A DNA stretch of 64,000 nt from positions 43,957 through 107,956 of the IMG/VR virus record IMGVR_UViG_3300034107_000273; one strand, 5' to 3'. Both the position numbers and the translations under genes were made by a program. Source of the DNA: a virus. The notes beneath the pieces were generated by a model. The model was not told the DNA's origin and did no database searches. It saw only the letters and a list, made by a program, of their open reading frames with translations. This document shows, in pieces, positions 1 to 10,007 of this stretch (positions are counted from its first letter, which is position 1; each line of letters starts with the position of its first letter).

Positions 1-59
1 AAAAGTAAGATTAATGATAACTGAGTTTGAAATAATGGAGCAATTAATAGGAGAAGAAA

Positions 60-362
60 ATGAGTGAACAAACAACGATAGAGATGGTAGATGGATTATC
101 TGAAATAGCAGACTATATGAAAGATGAGGAGTTGACGGCAGCCTTAACATTTATTGCTAAGATCATTATCAAGCCTGACATTCCTCTTAATGTGGCAACT
201 ATAGAGATTGTTAGACTTCAGGCAATCGCAGCAAAAATGGCTTTCAAGGCAACTTGGATGGCCAATGTTGACAAAAATGACAGGGCAAAGAAGAATATTT
301 ATTATACGGCAGCAGAATCAATCAATAACTTGGTATCAGCACTCAAATACATTATGCGCTAA
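60..362 (+). CDS. hypothetical phage protein
   Basis: 100-aa ORF with upstream AGGAG SD. Confidence 0.7.
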   Translation: MSEQTTIEMVDGLSEIADYMKDEELTAALTFIAKIIIKPDIPLNVATIEIVRLQAIAAKMAFKATWMANVDKNDRAKKNIYYTAAESINNLVSALKYIMR

Positions 363-394
363 CCTGGTATACTTATATAGACAAAGGAATAGTT

Positions 395-1180
395 ATGACA
401 AAAAACTTACTAAAGCAGATAATGATTAAAGAGGTTGATACTCCAGCACAGATAGATGCACAAGAGCTTGTGAAGGCTATTGAGGCAGGATATCTTGTTG
501 GGCGTGAACCTAAGCATACACAAAAGAAAACTTTTGGTCCATCTACTATTGCATATGGGCATGGAGAATGTCCACGTTATTGGTACCTTGCATTTGAGGG
601 AGCGGTATTTGAGGATAACTCTGACCCATACGCAGTAGCAAATATGACTAATGGAACTCTTGCTCATGGAAGAATTGAGACAGCGTTTAAGAACTCTGGT
701 ATTTCAATTGATTCAGAGTTTAAGATTTTTAATGATGATCCTCCAATTTTTGGTTATGTAGATAACTTTATTAATTGGAAGGGTGAAGAGGTTGTTGTTG
801 AAGTAAAGACAACCAATAACGAAGTGTTTGAGTATCGTAAACGTACAGGTAAGCCTAAGATGGGTCACGTTGTACAGATACTTATTTACATGAAGATTCT
901 TAAGAAGGCAAAGGGTGTTCTTATTTATGAAAATAAAAACAACCATGAACTTCTTGTAATTCCAGTTGAGGTAAATGATCATTACCGAAAGTGGATTGAT
1001 GAAGCTTTTGAATGGATGAGAGTTGTTCGTAAGTCTTGGGAAGTAAAAGAACTTCCAACAAAGAACTATAGATCAAACTCTAAGATTTGCAAGAATTGTC
1101 CAATTAAAAAAGCATGTGATGAAGCTGGAGCAGGTGTTGTGAAGATAGCATCTCTGGAGGAACTGAGTGAAACTTTGTAG
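395..1180 (+). CDS. Cas4-like PD-(D/E)XK exonuclease
   Basis: N-terminal CPR..Y, GYVD...EVKT nuclease motif, QxxxY motif, C-terminal CxxC-x5-C (Fe-S ligands). Confidence 0.8.
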   Translation: MTKNLLKQIMIKEVDTPAQIDAQELVKAIEAGYLVGREPKHTQKKTFGPSTIAYGHGECPRYWYLAFEGAVFEDNSDPYAVANMTNGTLAHGRIETAFKNSGISIDSEFKIFNDDPPIFGYVDNFINWKGEEVVVEVKTTNNEVFEYRKRTGKPKMGHVVQILIYMKILKKAKGVLIYENKNNHELLVIPVEVNDHYRKWIDEAFEWMRVVRKSWEVKELPTKNYRSNSKICKNCPIKKACDEAGAGVVKIASLEELSETL

Positions 1181-1457
1181 CAGATGTGACAACAGGTTTG
1201 ATCCAAAGGTCAGTTATCAAATTTACTGCAGCCTTGAATGTCGTGACCTTGCTACAAAAGATAAGATTAAAGAAAGATATCAAGTAACTCGTAGACAAAA
1301 GAGGAAGGGGAAGGATCGCAGATGTTTAGGCGGATGCAATACTTCTCTTTCCATCTACAACGATTCTGGATTTTGTGCAAACTGTAATGTAAGCAAAAAG
1401 TCTGTTGATAAAATGTTAAAAGATCTGAAAGGTTTTTTTGATTATGAGCAAGAATAA
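1167..1457 (+). CDS. Cys-rich zinc-finger protein
   Basis: CxxC, YCSxxC, CxxxC and CxxC motifs; overlaps neighbouring genes. Confidence 0.65.
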   Translation: MKLCSRCDNRFDPKVSYQIYCSLECRDLATKDKIKERYQVTRRQKRKGKDRRCLGGCNTSLSIYNDSGFCANCNVSKKSVDKMLKDLKGFFDYEQE

Positions 1458-2040
1458 GTGGGGTATGGAAGTTACCCCAAAAAGAATATGTGCTATTGAT
1501 GCTAGTACTAATAGTCTTGCTTTTGCTATTTTTGATACCTTCACAAAAGATCTTATAAGTGTTGGAAAGATTAACTTTGAAGGTAAAGACACCTATGAAA
1601 AAGTAATGGATGCTGGTAAAAAGGTAAAAGCTTTTCTAGATATATACGGTGGGTTTGAGGCAATTGTTATTGAGCACACTGTATTTATGAATAGTCCTAA
1701 GACTGCAGCAGATTTAGCCTTGGTTCAAGGAGCTATCCTTGGATCAGCTGGTCAGTCAGGAACTACAAAGATTGGAAAAGTATCACCAATAACTTGGCAA
1801 AATTTTATTGGAAACAAAAAGATTTCAAAGGACGAGCAACTTTTTATTCGTGCACAAAATCCTGGTAAATCAGTATCTTGGTATAAGACTTATGAAAGAA
1901 ACCTTAGAAAAGAAAGAACTATAAAGTTTATTAATATTAATTATGATAGAACCATAACAGATAATGATGTAGCAGATGCCTGTGGAATTGGTCACTGGGC
2001 ACTAAAGAACTGGGATAAGGCGGTTGGAAGTAATGAGTGA
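1444..2040 (+). CDS. ruvC: RuvC-like Holliday junction resolvase
   Basis: ICAIDAST, VIEH and DVADA acidic RNase H-fold motifs. Confidence 0.75.
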   Translation: MSKNKWGMEVTPKRICAIDASTNSLAFAIFDTFTKDLISVGKINFEGKDTYEKVMDAGKKVKAFLDIYGGFEAIVIEHTVFMNSPKTAADLALVQGAILGSAGQSGTTKIGKVSPITWQNFIGNKKISKDEQLFIRAQNPGKSVSWYKTYERNLRKERTIKFININYDRTITDNDVADACGIGHWALKNWDKAVGSNE

Positions 2041-2209
2041 AAGAAAAGCCAAAACATTTAAGGAAGAAAATGCTGACGTTATACTAACAGTTAGAACTCT
2101 TGCCCCAACAAAATGGTTGCTCATGGATCGTGAAACTGGTCAAATGTATCAGGGTAATGCAAGTGGTTACTGGGATAAACTAAAAACAGTAGAAAGAGAT
2201 AATAAATAA
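2033..2209 (+). CDS. hypothetical protein
   Basis: short ORF translationally coupled to neighbours. Confidence 0.55.
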   Translation: MSERKAKTFKEENADVILTVRTLAPTKWLLMDRETGQMYQGNASGYWDKLKTVERDNK

Positions 2210-2853
2210 TGCCAGAGTTAAATGCAAACATACCACCTATTGAATGCTATGTACGTGGTAATTTCTTAAGAGATCAATTAGATAGTCATGATAAGTATTT
2301 TCCATGTGTAATTTTTGGAGTGTCAAGCATTAAGGCTAGAAGCCCTTTGTTCCATTTTATGATGGAAGATGGTGGTATTTGGTGGCGTATGCCGATAAAT
2401 GCTTTTTGTGCTAAGCCAGGAGTTCCAGAAGAACCAATCCATAATCTTGTTTTATGGAATTCTTTTAGTTCACATATTTCTGTTACAAAGTTTCAAGCAT
2501 TAAGCAATATGAGAATGTCTTATCTTGATAGAAGCAAAAACACTATCCCTGGAACATATCTGTTTACTTTAGATTGGCATAGCCCAGAAACCAATATACT
2601 AGATGACGGGTATTCTGAAAACCCAGGGCAGCATAAGTGTGGTCACGTTATTCAAAGAGATGACGGAAATTTTGCGGTACAGCCAAATAATAGGGTAAGA
2701 ATTAAAGAGCCGTCATTTGTCACCAAGAAAGACCTAGTGATAAATAGATTAATTAACACAAATAAATGGGATGTTGAAAGTTACGATAAGTGGATACTTG
2801 AAGACTCCAATGCCTATAATTATGATGTTATTGATACCGAAGTTGACAAATAA
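2209..2853 (+). CDS. conserved hypothetical phage protein
   Basis: 214-aa ORF with HKCGH motif, coupled start. Confidence 0.7.
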   Translation: MPELNANIPPIECYVRGNFLRDQLDSHDKYFPCVIFGVSSIKARSPLFHFMMEDGGIWWRMPINAFCAKPGVPEEPIHNLVLWNSFSSHISVTKFQALSNMRMSYLDRSKNTIPGTYLFTLDWHSPETNILDDGYSENPGQHKCGHVIQRDDGNFAVQPNNRVRIKEPSFVTKKDLVINRLINTNKWDVESYDKWILEDSNAYNYDVIDTEVDK

Positions 2854-2857
2854 CGCT

Positions 2858-3013
2858 ATGGCTGGTAAACTATATACATCAGAAGTTTGGTTAAAGAAAA
2901 GATTTCTTATTGATAAGAAGTCACCAGAAGAGATTGCAAAAGAGTGTGGGGCAAGCGTAGAGACTGTCTATGTTTACCTTGCTAAATTCGGACTAAGGAA
3001 GTCAAGGCGATGA
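2858..3013 (+). CDS. small HTH DNA-binding protein
   Basis: SPEEIAKECGASVETVYVYLAKFG helix-turn-helix pattern. Confidence 0.65.
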   Translation: MAGKLYTSEVWLKKRFLIDKKSPEEIAKECGASVETVYVYLAKFGLRKSRR

Positions 3014-3144
3014 ATAAATTACAAAAAGTTATTATTGGTCTAGGAGTTGCTGGTGCAGTAGGATTAACCTATGTCATTACAGCTCTAAAGGGTATGCCAG
3101 AAGCATTCACGTGGGAAAATGATGAGGAAGAAGAGTATGAGTGA
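3010..3144 (+). CDS. small membrane protein (not in ORF track)
   Basis: 44 aa, MNKLQKVIIGLGVAGAVGLTYVITAL...; ATGA overlap with upstream gene. Confidence 0.6.
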   Translation: MNKLQKVIIGLGVAGAVGLTYVITALKGMPEAFTWENDEEEEYE

Positions 3145-3379
3145 TAATCTAACTATTACGGTAGATCAGGTTAATCACCCACGACATTACACTACAGATC
3201 CTTCTGGCGTTGAGTGCATAGAGATTACACGTCATCGTAACTTTAATATTGGTAACGCATTTAAGTATCTATGGCGTGCAGGACTTAAAGATGAGTCAAA
3301 AACTATACAGGATCTTGAGAAAGCAATTTTTTATATTAAAGATGAAATTAATAGGTTAGAGGGCAAATATGTCAACTGA
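3137..3379 (+). CDS. DUF3310 family protein
   Basis: VNHPRHY...GNAFKYLWRAGLK...DLEKAIFY signature. Confidence 0.8.
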   Translation: MSDNLTITVDQVNHPRHYTTDPSGVECIEITRHRNFNIGNAFKYLWRAGLKDESKTIQDLEKAIFYIKDEINRLEGKYVN

Positions 3380-3911
3380 AGAAGAACTAGTAAAGCATCT
3401 TGATATAATGAATGATGTTGTAGGAGAATACCTCAAGGGTAGCGATCCAACAACAATTTCTAAAGAATTAACAATTCCACGTACTCGTGTTGTTGCATAC
3501 ATTGATGAATGGAAAGAAAAGACTTCTAACAACATAGCCATTCGTGCTCGTGCCAAAGATGCTTTAGCAGGAGCAGATGCACATTACAGCAAGCTTATAC
3601 TAAAGTCATACGAAGTTATTGATGAAGCATCAATGACCAATAATCTTAGTGCAAAGACTGCTGCTATTAAACTTGTTATGGACATTGAGTCTAAGCGTAT
3701 TGATATGTTGCAAAAAGCTGGACTCTTAGAAAATAAAGAGATTGCAGAAGAAATGGTTGAGATTGAGCGTCGTCAAGAAGTATTGGTTGGTATTCTTAGA
3801 GACATTGCATCAACACACCCAGAAGTTAGAGATATTATTCTTGAGAGACTATCAGCAATTGCAAAACAAGGAGAAGTATTAACAGTTATTTCTGTGAGTA
3901 CAAATGAATAA
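3369..3911 (+). CDS. HTH/coiled-coil protein, possible terminase small subunit
   Basis: N-terminal HTH-like segment, helical body, two genes upstream of terL. Confidence 0.45.
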   Translation: MSTEEELVKHLDIMNDVVGEYLKGSDPTTISKELTIPRTRVVAYIDEWKEKTSNNIAIRARAKDALAGADAHYSKLILKSYEVIDEASMTNNLSAKTAAIKLVMDIESKRIDMLQKAGLLENKEIAEEMVEIERRQEVLVGILRDIASTHPEVRDIILERLSAIAKQGEVLTVISVSTNE

Positions 3912-4437
3912 TTTACAAAAAATATCTATAATAAATATTGAAGGTATATCTTTAGATGATGTCTTATCTCACTGTGATAATAAAAATTGGACAGATGGAG
4001 AAGTTGCAAAATCTAGGTATTCTTCAGACACTGGATCAGGAACAAATAAAACAATCAGAGATGTTAATGTATCTGAAATGGATGCTGAGATTCATGTTGT
4101 TTTAAATAATTTAATTCAACCACACGTAGACAAGTATGCTAAAGATAATAACATTAAAATATACGCTAATACATTTTATACAATAGCAAAATATTCTAAG
4201 GGTCAGTTTTTTACTGAGCACACAGATTCAACACCAGAGTTTCCTAGAGCAATATCTGCAATATTATATTTAAATGATGACTATGAAGGTGGAACTTTAA
4301 CTTTTGGTAAAATTGGAAAAACCTTTAAGCCAAAAGCAAATACTCTTTTTATATTTCCATCTAGTGATGATTTTAGCCACTCAGCAGACCCAGTTATAGA
4401 TGGTGTAAAGTATGTAATAGTTGGGTTTTGGTCATGA
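3904..4437 (+). CDS. 2OG-Fe(II) oxygenase (P4Hc-like)
   Basis: HTD...YLNDDYEGG...FPS...H...GVKY. Confidence 0.85.
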   Translation: MNNLQKISIINIEGISLDDVLSHCDNKNWTDGEVAKSRYSSDTGSGTNKTIRDVNVSEMDAEIHVVLNNLIQPHVDKYAKDNNIKIYANTFYTIAKYSKGQFFTEHTDSTPEFPRAISAILYLNDDYEGGTLTFGKIGKTFKPKANTLFIFPSSDDFSHSADPVIDGVKYVIVGFWS

Positions 4438-6209
4438 TATTTGATGAATTTTTAGAGGTTTTAAAAGAAAATCATTTTATTGAGAGGCCTGTTGACGCAA
4501 AGACATTTGTTGAGTCTCCAGAGTATCTTGGTCAACCACCTTTATCTGAAATTCAGTATACAATTGTTGAAGCAATGAGCCAGATTTACCGCAAAGAAGA
4601 TGTGATAGATATTCTTGGTGATAAAGGTGAGGAATACTACAAAAAATATACAAAGAATGAACTCATTCTACAACTTGGCAAGGGATCTGGAAAAGACTTC
4701 GTATCAACAGTAGCATGTGCATATGTAGTATATAAGATGCTATGCCTTAAAGATCCTGCTGTTTATTATGGAAAGCCTGCAGGAGATGCTATTGATATTA
4801 TAAACGTTGCTGTTAACGCTCAGCAGGCTAAGAATGTTTTCTTTAAAGGTTTTAAATCAAAGATTGAAAGATCTCCTTGGTTTGCTGGAAAGTATAATCC
4901 AAAGGCAGACTCAATTGAGTTTGATAAATCAATTACTGTTTACTCTGGTCACTCAGAGCGTGAATCACATGAGGGTTTAAACCTATTCATGGCTGTACTT
5001 GATGAGATTTCTGGTTTTGCATCAGAGGTAGCAACAGGAAATGAACAAGGAAAAACTGCTGATAATATTTATAAAGCTTTCCGTGGTACTGTAGATTCTC
5101 GTTTTCCTGATCTTGGAAAGGTTGTGCTTCTTTCATTTCCCCGCTATCAAGGTGACTTTATTTCTCAACGGTATGACTCAGTAATTGCTGATAAAGAGGT
5201 AGTAGAAAAAACACACAAGTTCATCATTAATGAAGAGTTGCCACATGACAACCCAGACAATACGTTTGAAATATCCTGGGATGAAGATCATATACTTTCA
5301 TACAAAATACCTAAGATATTTGCACTGAAGCGTCCAACATGGGATGTTAATCCTACAAGAAAGATTGATGACTTTAAGATTGCATTCTTAACAGACTTAG
5401 GCGATGCTATGATGCGTTTTCTGTGCACACCAACATATTCATCAGATGCTTTCTTTAAGCAAAAAGATAAACTTATTAATTGCATGACCTTAACAAATCC
5501 TGTAGATAGTTTTAGAAGGTTCTCAGAAAACTTTAAACCAGATCCAGATAAGATTTATTATGTTCATGCTGACCTTGCACAAAAACACGATAAGTGTGCG
5601 GTTGCTATTGCTCACGTAGAAAAGTGGGTAAATATTCAGGTAATTAAAGATTATGAACAAGTAGCACCAATTGTAGTAGTAGATGCAGTAGCATGGTGGG
5701 AGCCAAGATCAGAAGGACCAGTTGATCTTTCTCAGGTTAAACAGTGGATTCAAAACCTAAGAAGACAAGGGTTTAACATAGGATTAGTATCATTTGACCG
5801 TTGGCAGTCATTTGATATACAGCAAGAACTTAAAGGTGTTGGTATAAGAACTGATACTGTTTCTGTTGCAAAAAAACACTACGAAGATTTAGCAATGATG
5901 ATCTATGAAGAGCGTGTTGCTATGCCCATGATCCCATTACTTCTGGAAGAAATGTCAGAATTAAAAATCATGAAGGGTAATCGTGTAGATCACCCTAGAA
6001 AAAAATCTAAAGACCTAGCAGATGCTGTTTGTGGGGCAGTATTTGGAGCTATATCCCATACTCCAAAAGAAATGAATGTTGAGATAGAGATTCATACTTG
6101 GGGTACCTCAGACAAACTTGCACGCAGGCAAGAGTCTATGGTAGAATTGGAAGACAGGCAAATGCCAGAAGATGTCAAGAGTTTTCTTGATAATCTAAAA
6201 CTAATATAA
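4434..6209 (+). CDS. terL: terminase large subunit
   Basis: Walker A GKGSGKD, Walker B AVLDE, C-terminal nuclease HADLA...DLADA. Confidence 0.9.
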   Translation: MIFDEFLEVLKENHFIERPVDAKTFVESPEYLGQPPLSEIQYTIVEAMSQIYRKEDVIDILGDKGEEYYKKYTKNELILQLGKGSGKDFVSTVACAYVVYKMLCLKDPAVYYGKPAGDAIDIINVAVNAQQAKNVFFKGFKSKIERSPWFAGKYNPKADSIEFDKSITVYSGHSERESHEGLNLFMAVLDEISGFASEVATGNEQGKTADNIYKAFRGTVDSRFPDLGKVVLLSFPRYQGDFISQRYDSVIADKEVVEKTHKFIINEELPHDNPDNTFEISWDEDHILSYKIPKIFALKRPTWDVNPTRKIDDFKIAFLTDLGDAMMRFLCTPTYSSDAFFKQKDKLINCMTLTNPVDSFRRFSENFKPDPDKIYYVHADLAQKHDKCAVAIAHVEKWVNIQVIKDYEQVAPIVVVDAVAWWEPRSEGPVDLSQVKQWIQNLRRQGFNIGLVSFDRWQSFDIQQELKGVGIRTDTVSVAKKHYEDLAMMIYEERVAMPMIPLLLEEMSELKIMKGNRVDHPRKKSKDLADAVCGAVFGAISHTPKEMNVEIEIHTWGTSDKLARRQESMVELEDRQMPEDVKSFLDNLKLI

Positions 6210-6224
6210 CAAGGAGAAAAAAGA

Positions 6225-7274
6225 ATGAATTCATTCAAGAAGATCGCTATTGTCGTTGCTGCAGCATTGACATTTGCAGGTATTTCAACAGTTGCACAGG
6301 CTGCACCGTTGGTAGTAACAGTTGCTTCAGCAACTAATGCTACAACAACAGCAAACCCTGTAACAGTTGCAGTTCCTTCAACAAACGTAATTGATGCAGG
6401 TCGCACAATTGCAATTGCAGCAACAGCAGACAATGGAACAGTTGTTTCTTTCGCAGCATCATCAACAGTTAAGTTGGTATCTGCACTTAATACATCAGAT
6501 GCTCCAAAGACAGTAGCATCAGGAGTTTCAGCACTTTCAGTAACTTCAGCAGGTACAGCAGTTACAGTATATGCATACACAACATCAACAACAGTTGGTT
6601 CAGTTACCGTTACAAATGGTGCATACTCAACAATTATTTACATTAAGGGTACAGCAGGACCTGCTTATAACCTAGCCGTTACAGTTCCTACAGCAGCAGC
6701 AGTTGGAACAGTTCCAGCAATTTCAGTTACAACAACTGACGTTTTTGGTAACGCATCTTCAGATACAGTAACAGCAACAATCGTTGGTTCAACATTTGCT
6801 GATGGCTCATCAGTCAAGTCAGTAACTCCAGATGTTGCATCATATTCACTTGCTACAGGTGTAGCAGGAGAAGTTACAGTTATTGTAACTGGTCTAACAT
6901 TGGTTACTCCAGTATCTGGATTCCCAGCACCAGTAAAGGCAGCAATTGCTAAGTTTACAGTGTCTGATCTTGCAGCAGTAATTAATGCACTAAAGGTGGA
7001 ACTTGCTGTAGCACAAGCAGAACTTGCTAAGGCAAAGTCAGATGCTTCATTGGCAGCAGCCAAGTCAGCTTCAGATGCAGCACTTGCTAAGGCAGCAGCA
7101 GATAAGGCTTTGGCAGATGCCAAGGCTGTATCAGATGCAGCAGCACTATCTGCAAAGGTAGCAGCAGATCTAGCAACTGCAACAGCAGCAGCAAAATACA
7201 AGGCAGAGTACAACGCTCTTGCTACAAAGTGGAACAAGAAGTTCCCTAAGCTAAAGGTAGCACTAAAGAAGTAA
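6225..7274 (+). CDS. secreted Ala/Thr/Val-rich surface protein
   Basis: signal peptide ending AQA, beta-rich body, coiled coil, basic C-terminus YNALATKWNKKFPKLKVALKK. Confidence 0.7.
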   Translation: MNSFKKIAIVVAAALTFAGISTVAQAAPLVVTVASATNATTTANPVTVAVPSTNVIDAGRTIAIAATADNGTVVSFAASSTVKLVSALNTSDAPKTVASGVSALSVTSAGTAVTVYAYTTSTTVGSVTVTNGAYSTIIYIKGTAGPAYNLAVTVPTAAAVGTVPAISVTTTDVFGNASSDTVTATIVGSTFADGSSVKSVTPDVASYSLATGVAGEVTVIVTGLTLVTPVSGFPAPVKAAIAKFTVSDLAAVINALKVELAVAQAELAKAKSDASLAAAKSASDAALAKAAADKALADAKAVSDAAALSAKVAADLATATAAAKYKAEYNALATKWNKKFPKLKVALKK

Positions 7275-7288
7275 TATTCTTTAAAGTT

Positions 7289-7323
7289 AGAGGACTAGTC
7301 AAGCGCTAGTCCTCTTTCTTTTT
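7289..7323 (+). terminator. intrinsic terminator
   Basis: AGAGGACTAG-7nt-CTAGTCCTCT followed by a T-rich tail. Confidence 0.8.
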
Positions 7324-7385
7324 GCAATAAAATGATATAATAGCTTTATTAGTCATATCACCACTAGGACTATAAGGAGAGATCT

Positions 7386-9467
7386 ATTAAGAAATTAACA
7401 AGGGTATTAATTGTTATATCTTTAATACTAACACCACTACTTTTAATCATAGACAAAGCTCATGCAGCAGAAGGCTTGACTGCTCAAGTCTATAATGTGC
7501 TGGGACAAAATGCTTCTCCTTACATACCCCAGGGAGCCTCTCCAGTAGTGACTACAAATGTACCCAATATTGACTTCCAGTGGGGTTCTGGCAGTGTCTT
7601 AGGTGGCCCTTCAGAGGATGTTATTGTACGATTTACTGGGTCAATTAGAAGCGATTCTACTCAAGACATATCATTTTTAGCAACAGCAGATGACGGAACA
7701 AAACTGTATGTTGATGGCATACTTGTAGCAAGTGACTGGGTAGACAAAGGTGGTGGAGGAACTACAACTGCCCCAATAGCCTTTACAGCAGGAGTCCCTA
7801 AAACAATAGAATTAATGTACTATGAAAATGGTGGTGGAGCAAACGTATTTTTAAACTGGGATCAATCTGGATCAATGCAGATTATTCCAGCATCAGCATT
7901 TACTTCACAAGCAGCACCAGTAGTAAAAACAATAGGACCTCCAAGAAATTTAACTATAGCCAGTAGCGATACATCAACAGTGTTATCTTGGGAAGCACCA
8001 GACACTGGTAACACTCAACCAGAAAGATATGCAATAAGTTTTAATTGTTCTGGATGCAATGGTTGGGGAATTGCAACTGGAAATGTTGGCGGACCAAATT
8101 CTTTAAACACAACAATAACAATTGATCATTCCTTGTTAGACGGCCTTCGTCCTGCAGGAACAGTATGGTCATTTCATATTAGATCAGATAACGACACATT
8201 TGCCCTTTACTCTGCAAATTCAAACGTTGTTACTGGGTCTACATATGTAGCACCAACACCAACACCTACGCCTACTCCTACACCAGAGCCAACGCCTACA
8301 CCAGAAACAACAACTGTTACAACACCAACCCCAGAACCAGGACCAGTTACAGTAGAGCCAACTGGACCAACTGAGGCAGAAATTGCAGCACAAGTAGCAG
8401 CCCAGCTAGCTGCACAACAAGCGGAAGCAGCAAGAATACAGGCAGAGACAGCAGCACTGATTGCAGCACAAGCAGCAGCAGCCCAAGCAGAAGCAAATAG
8501 AATTGCTGCAGAAGAAGCAGCCAGAGAAGCAGCAAGAATTCAAGCAGAAGCGGAACTAAAAGAAAAGGCTGACCGTGAAGCAGCAGAGATTGAAGCAGCA
8601 AGAATTAAAGCAGAAATAGAAGCCAAAGAAGAAGCAGATCGTATTGCAGCAGAAGTTAAAGCAGCAGAAGAAAAAGCAGAAGCAGAGGCTAAGGCAGAGG
8701 CTGATCGTATAGAAGCAGAGCGTATAGCGGAAGAAAAAAGAATTGCTGAAGAAGCAGAAGCAGAGGCAGAGCGTATAGCAGCAGAAGAAGAAGCCATTGC
8801 AGAAGCAGTTGCCAAGGCCGAAGCACTTGCAGAAGAAGAAAGAATTGCTGCAGAAGAAGAGGCTAGAGCGCAAGCCGAAGAAGATGCCAAAGCGGAGGCA
8901 GAAAAGGCTGAGGCTGATAAAATAGCAGCAGAAGAAGCTGCTAAAAAAGCAGAAGAAGAAAGATTAGCAAAAATTGCTAAAGATGCCCAGGATGGAAAAG
9001 AACTATCTAAAGAAGAAGTTGCACTAGTCGTAACAGCATTAGTTGCTAACTTAAGTCCAGGTGAATCAATCTCAGCAGCAGAAGTACAATCTTCTGGAGT
9101 TTCATATTCAGATCTTCCACCACAAACACCAATTGAAATTAGAACATCAGAGTCTGGTGAAGTTCTTGTTATTACCGCAGAAGTGGCAGCAAATGTTGAA
9201 TTAGTTCAAGATCCAGGCGCATTGCTAGAAGCAGTATTTACAGATCCAGGTGCAGCCATTGCTGCTCTTGGAAGTATTGGAGCAGATATGACTCCAGGAG
9301 AAAGAGAAGAAGCAACAGAGATGGTTGTTGCAACAGTTGTTGCTGCAGGTGCAGCAATTAATGCAGCAGCCGTTGCAGCAGGTGGAAGCACAGGAGGAGG
9401 AAATTCTGGTGGAGGTGGCGCATCAGGCTCCAATTCACCAGCTTCAAGAGGAGGTAGAAAATGGTAA
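7386..9467 (+). CDS. secreted PA14 + FN3 + Pro/Thr linker + coiled-coil protein (probable ATT start at 7386)
   Basis: ADDGTKLYVDG and YYENGGGA PA14 motifs, PPRNL..SWEAP FN3, (PT)n linker, E/A/K coil, hydrophobic C-terminus; signal peptide encoded upstream of the ORF-track start. Confidence 0.75.
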   Translation: MKKLTRVLIVISLILTPLLLIIDKAHAAEGLTAQVYNVLGQNASPYIPQGASPVVTTNVPNIDFQWGSGSVLGGPSEDVIVRFTGSIRSDSTQDISFLATADDGTKLYVDGILVASDWVDKGGGGTTTAPIAFTAGVPKTIELMYYENGGGANVFLNWDQSGSMQIIPASAFTSQAAPVVKTIGPPRNLTIASSDTSTVLSWEAPDTGNTQPERYAISFNCSGCNGWGIATGNVGGPNSLNTTITIDHSLLDGLRPAGTVWSFHIRSDNDTFALYSANSNVVTGSTYVAPTPTPTPTPTPEPTPTPETTTVTTPTPEPGPVTVEPTGPTEAEIAAQVAAQLAAQQAEAARIQAETAALIAAQAAAAQAEANRIAAEEAAREAARIQAEAELKEKADREAAEIEAARIKAEIEAKEEADRIAAEVKAAEEKAEAEAKAEADRIEAERIAEEKRIAEEAEAEAERIAAEEEAIAEAVAKAEALAEEERIAAEEEARAQAEEDAKAEAEKAEADKIAAEEAAKKAEEERLAKIAKDAQDGKELSKEEVALVVTALVANLSPGESISAAEVQSSGVSYSDLPPQTPIEIRTSESGEVLVITAEVAANVELVQDPGALLEAVFTDPGAAIAALGSIGADMTPGEREEATEMVVATVVAAGAAINAAAVAAGGSTGGGNSGGGGASGSNSPASRGGRKW

Positions 9468-9643
9468 GAATAGTAAAAAATATAATCAAAGACCTAATTG
9501 ATCAGGCATGGACCCTTCTTGGAATGTTTATAGCCTGGGTGGTTTTAGATGGAAGTGCAAAAACAGTAGTTGGATATGGAATTATAGCAACTACAACACT
9601 TTGGATTGTAACTAGTCCAATTAGAAATAGAGAGGAAGAATAA
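9461..9643 (+). CDS. small membrane protein
   Basis: two hydrophobic segments, GGAGG SD. Confidence 0.7.
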   Translation: MVRIVKNIIKDLIDQAWTLLGMFIAWVVLDGSAKTVVGYGIIATTTLWIVTSPIRNREEE

Positions 9644-9645
9644 AA

Positions 9646-9930
9646 ATGGCAACTAAAAAAATAGTGGAACCACCAAAGAAAGAGCACCCACAAAAAGCAA
9701 TAACAAATATCTTAATGAGAATTCTTGCGGTATTTGCAGCATCAGGACTATCAGTCCTAGGAGCAGGAGCAGTAGTAGGAATTGATACTATGCAGGCAGT
9801 ATTCTTAGCAGGACTATTAGGCGTAGCAACAGTCATAGAAAGACTGGCTAGGGCTTTTTTGGACGATGGAAAACTCACATTGGCAGAGATCAATGATGCG
9901 TTTAAGACGGTAGACAAAAAGGCTAATTAG
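9646..9930 (+). CDS. membrane protein (holin-like)
   Basis: two TM helices, charged termini. Confidence 0.55.
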   Translation: MATKKIVEPPKKEHPQKAITNILMRILAVFAASGLSVLGAGAVVGIDTMQAVFLAGLLGVATVIERLARAFLDDGKLTLAEINDAFKTVDKKAN

Positions 9931-10007
9931 TCATTATTGACGGTAGTTGACAGCCCTCTCTGGGCAATGGTATACTTGAGTATAACCTATCTGGAGAGGG
10001 CTTTGTC

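Noticed and set aside
395-1180. Cas4-like gene as evidence of a CRISPR-Cas system
   Set aside because: No cas1/cas2 or repeat-spacer array is visible; solo Cas4-like nucleases are common in phage replication modules
6092-9433. Antisense ORFs (6092-6580, 6665-7237, 8540-8890 and similar shadows at 49188, 59076, 59994, 61602)
   Set aside because: Shadow frames of Ala-rich or repetitive sense genes, with no SD or promoter support
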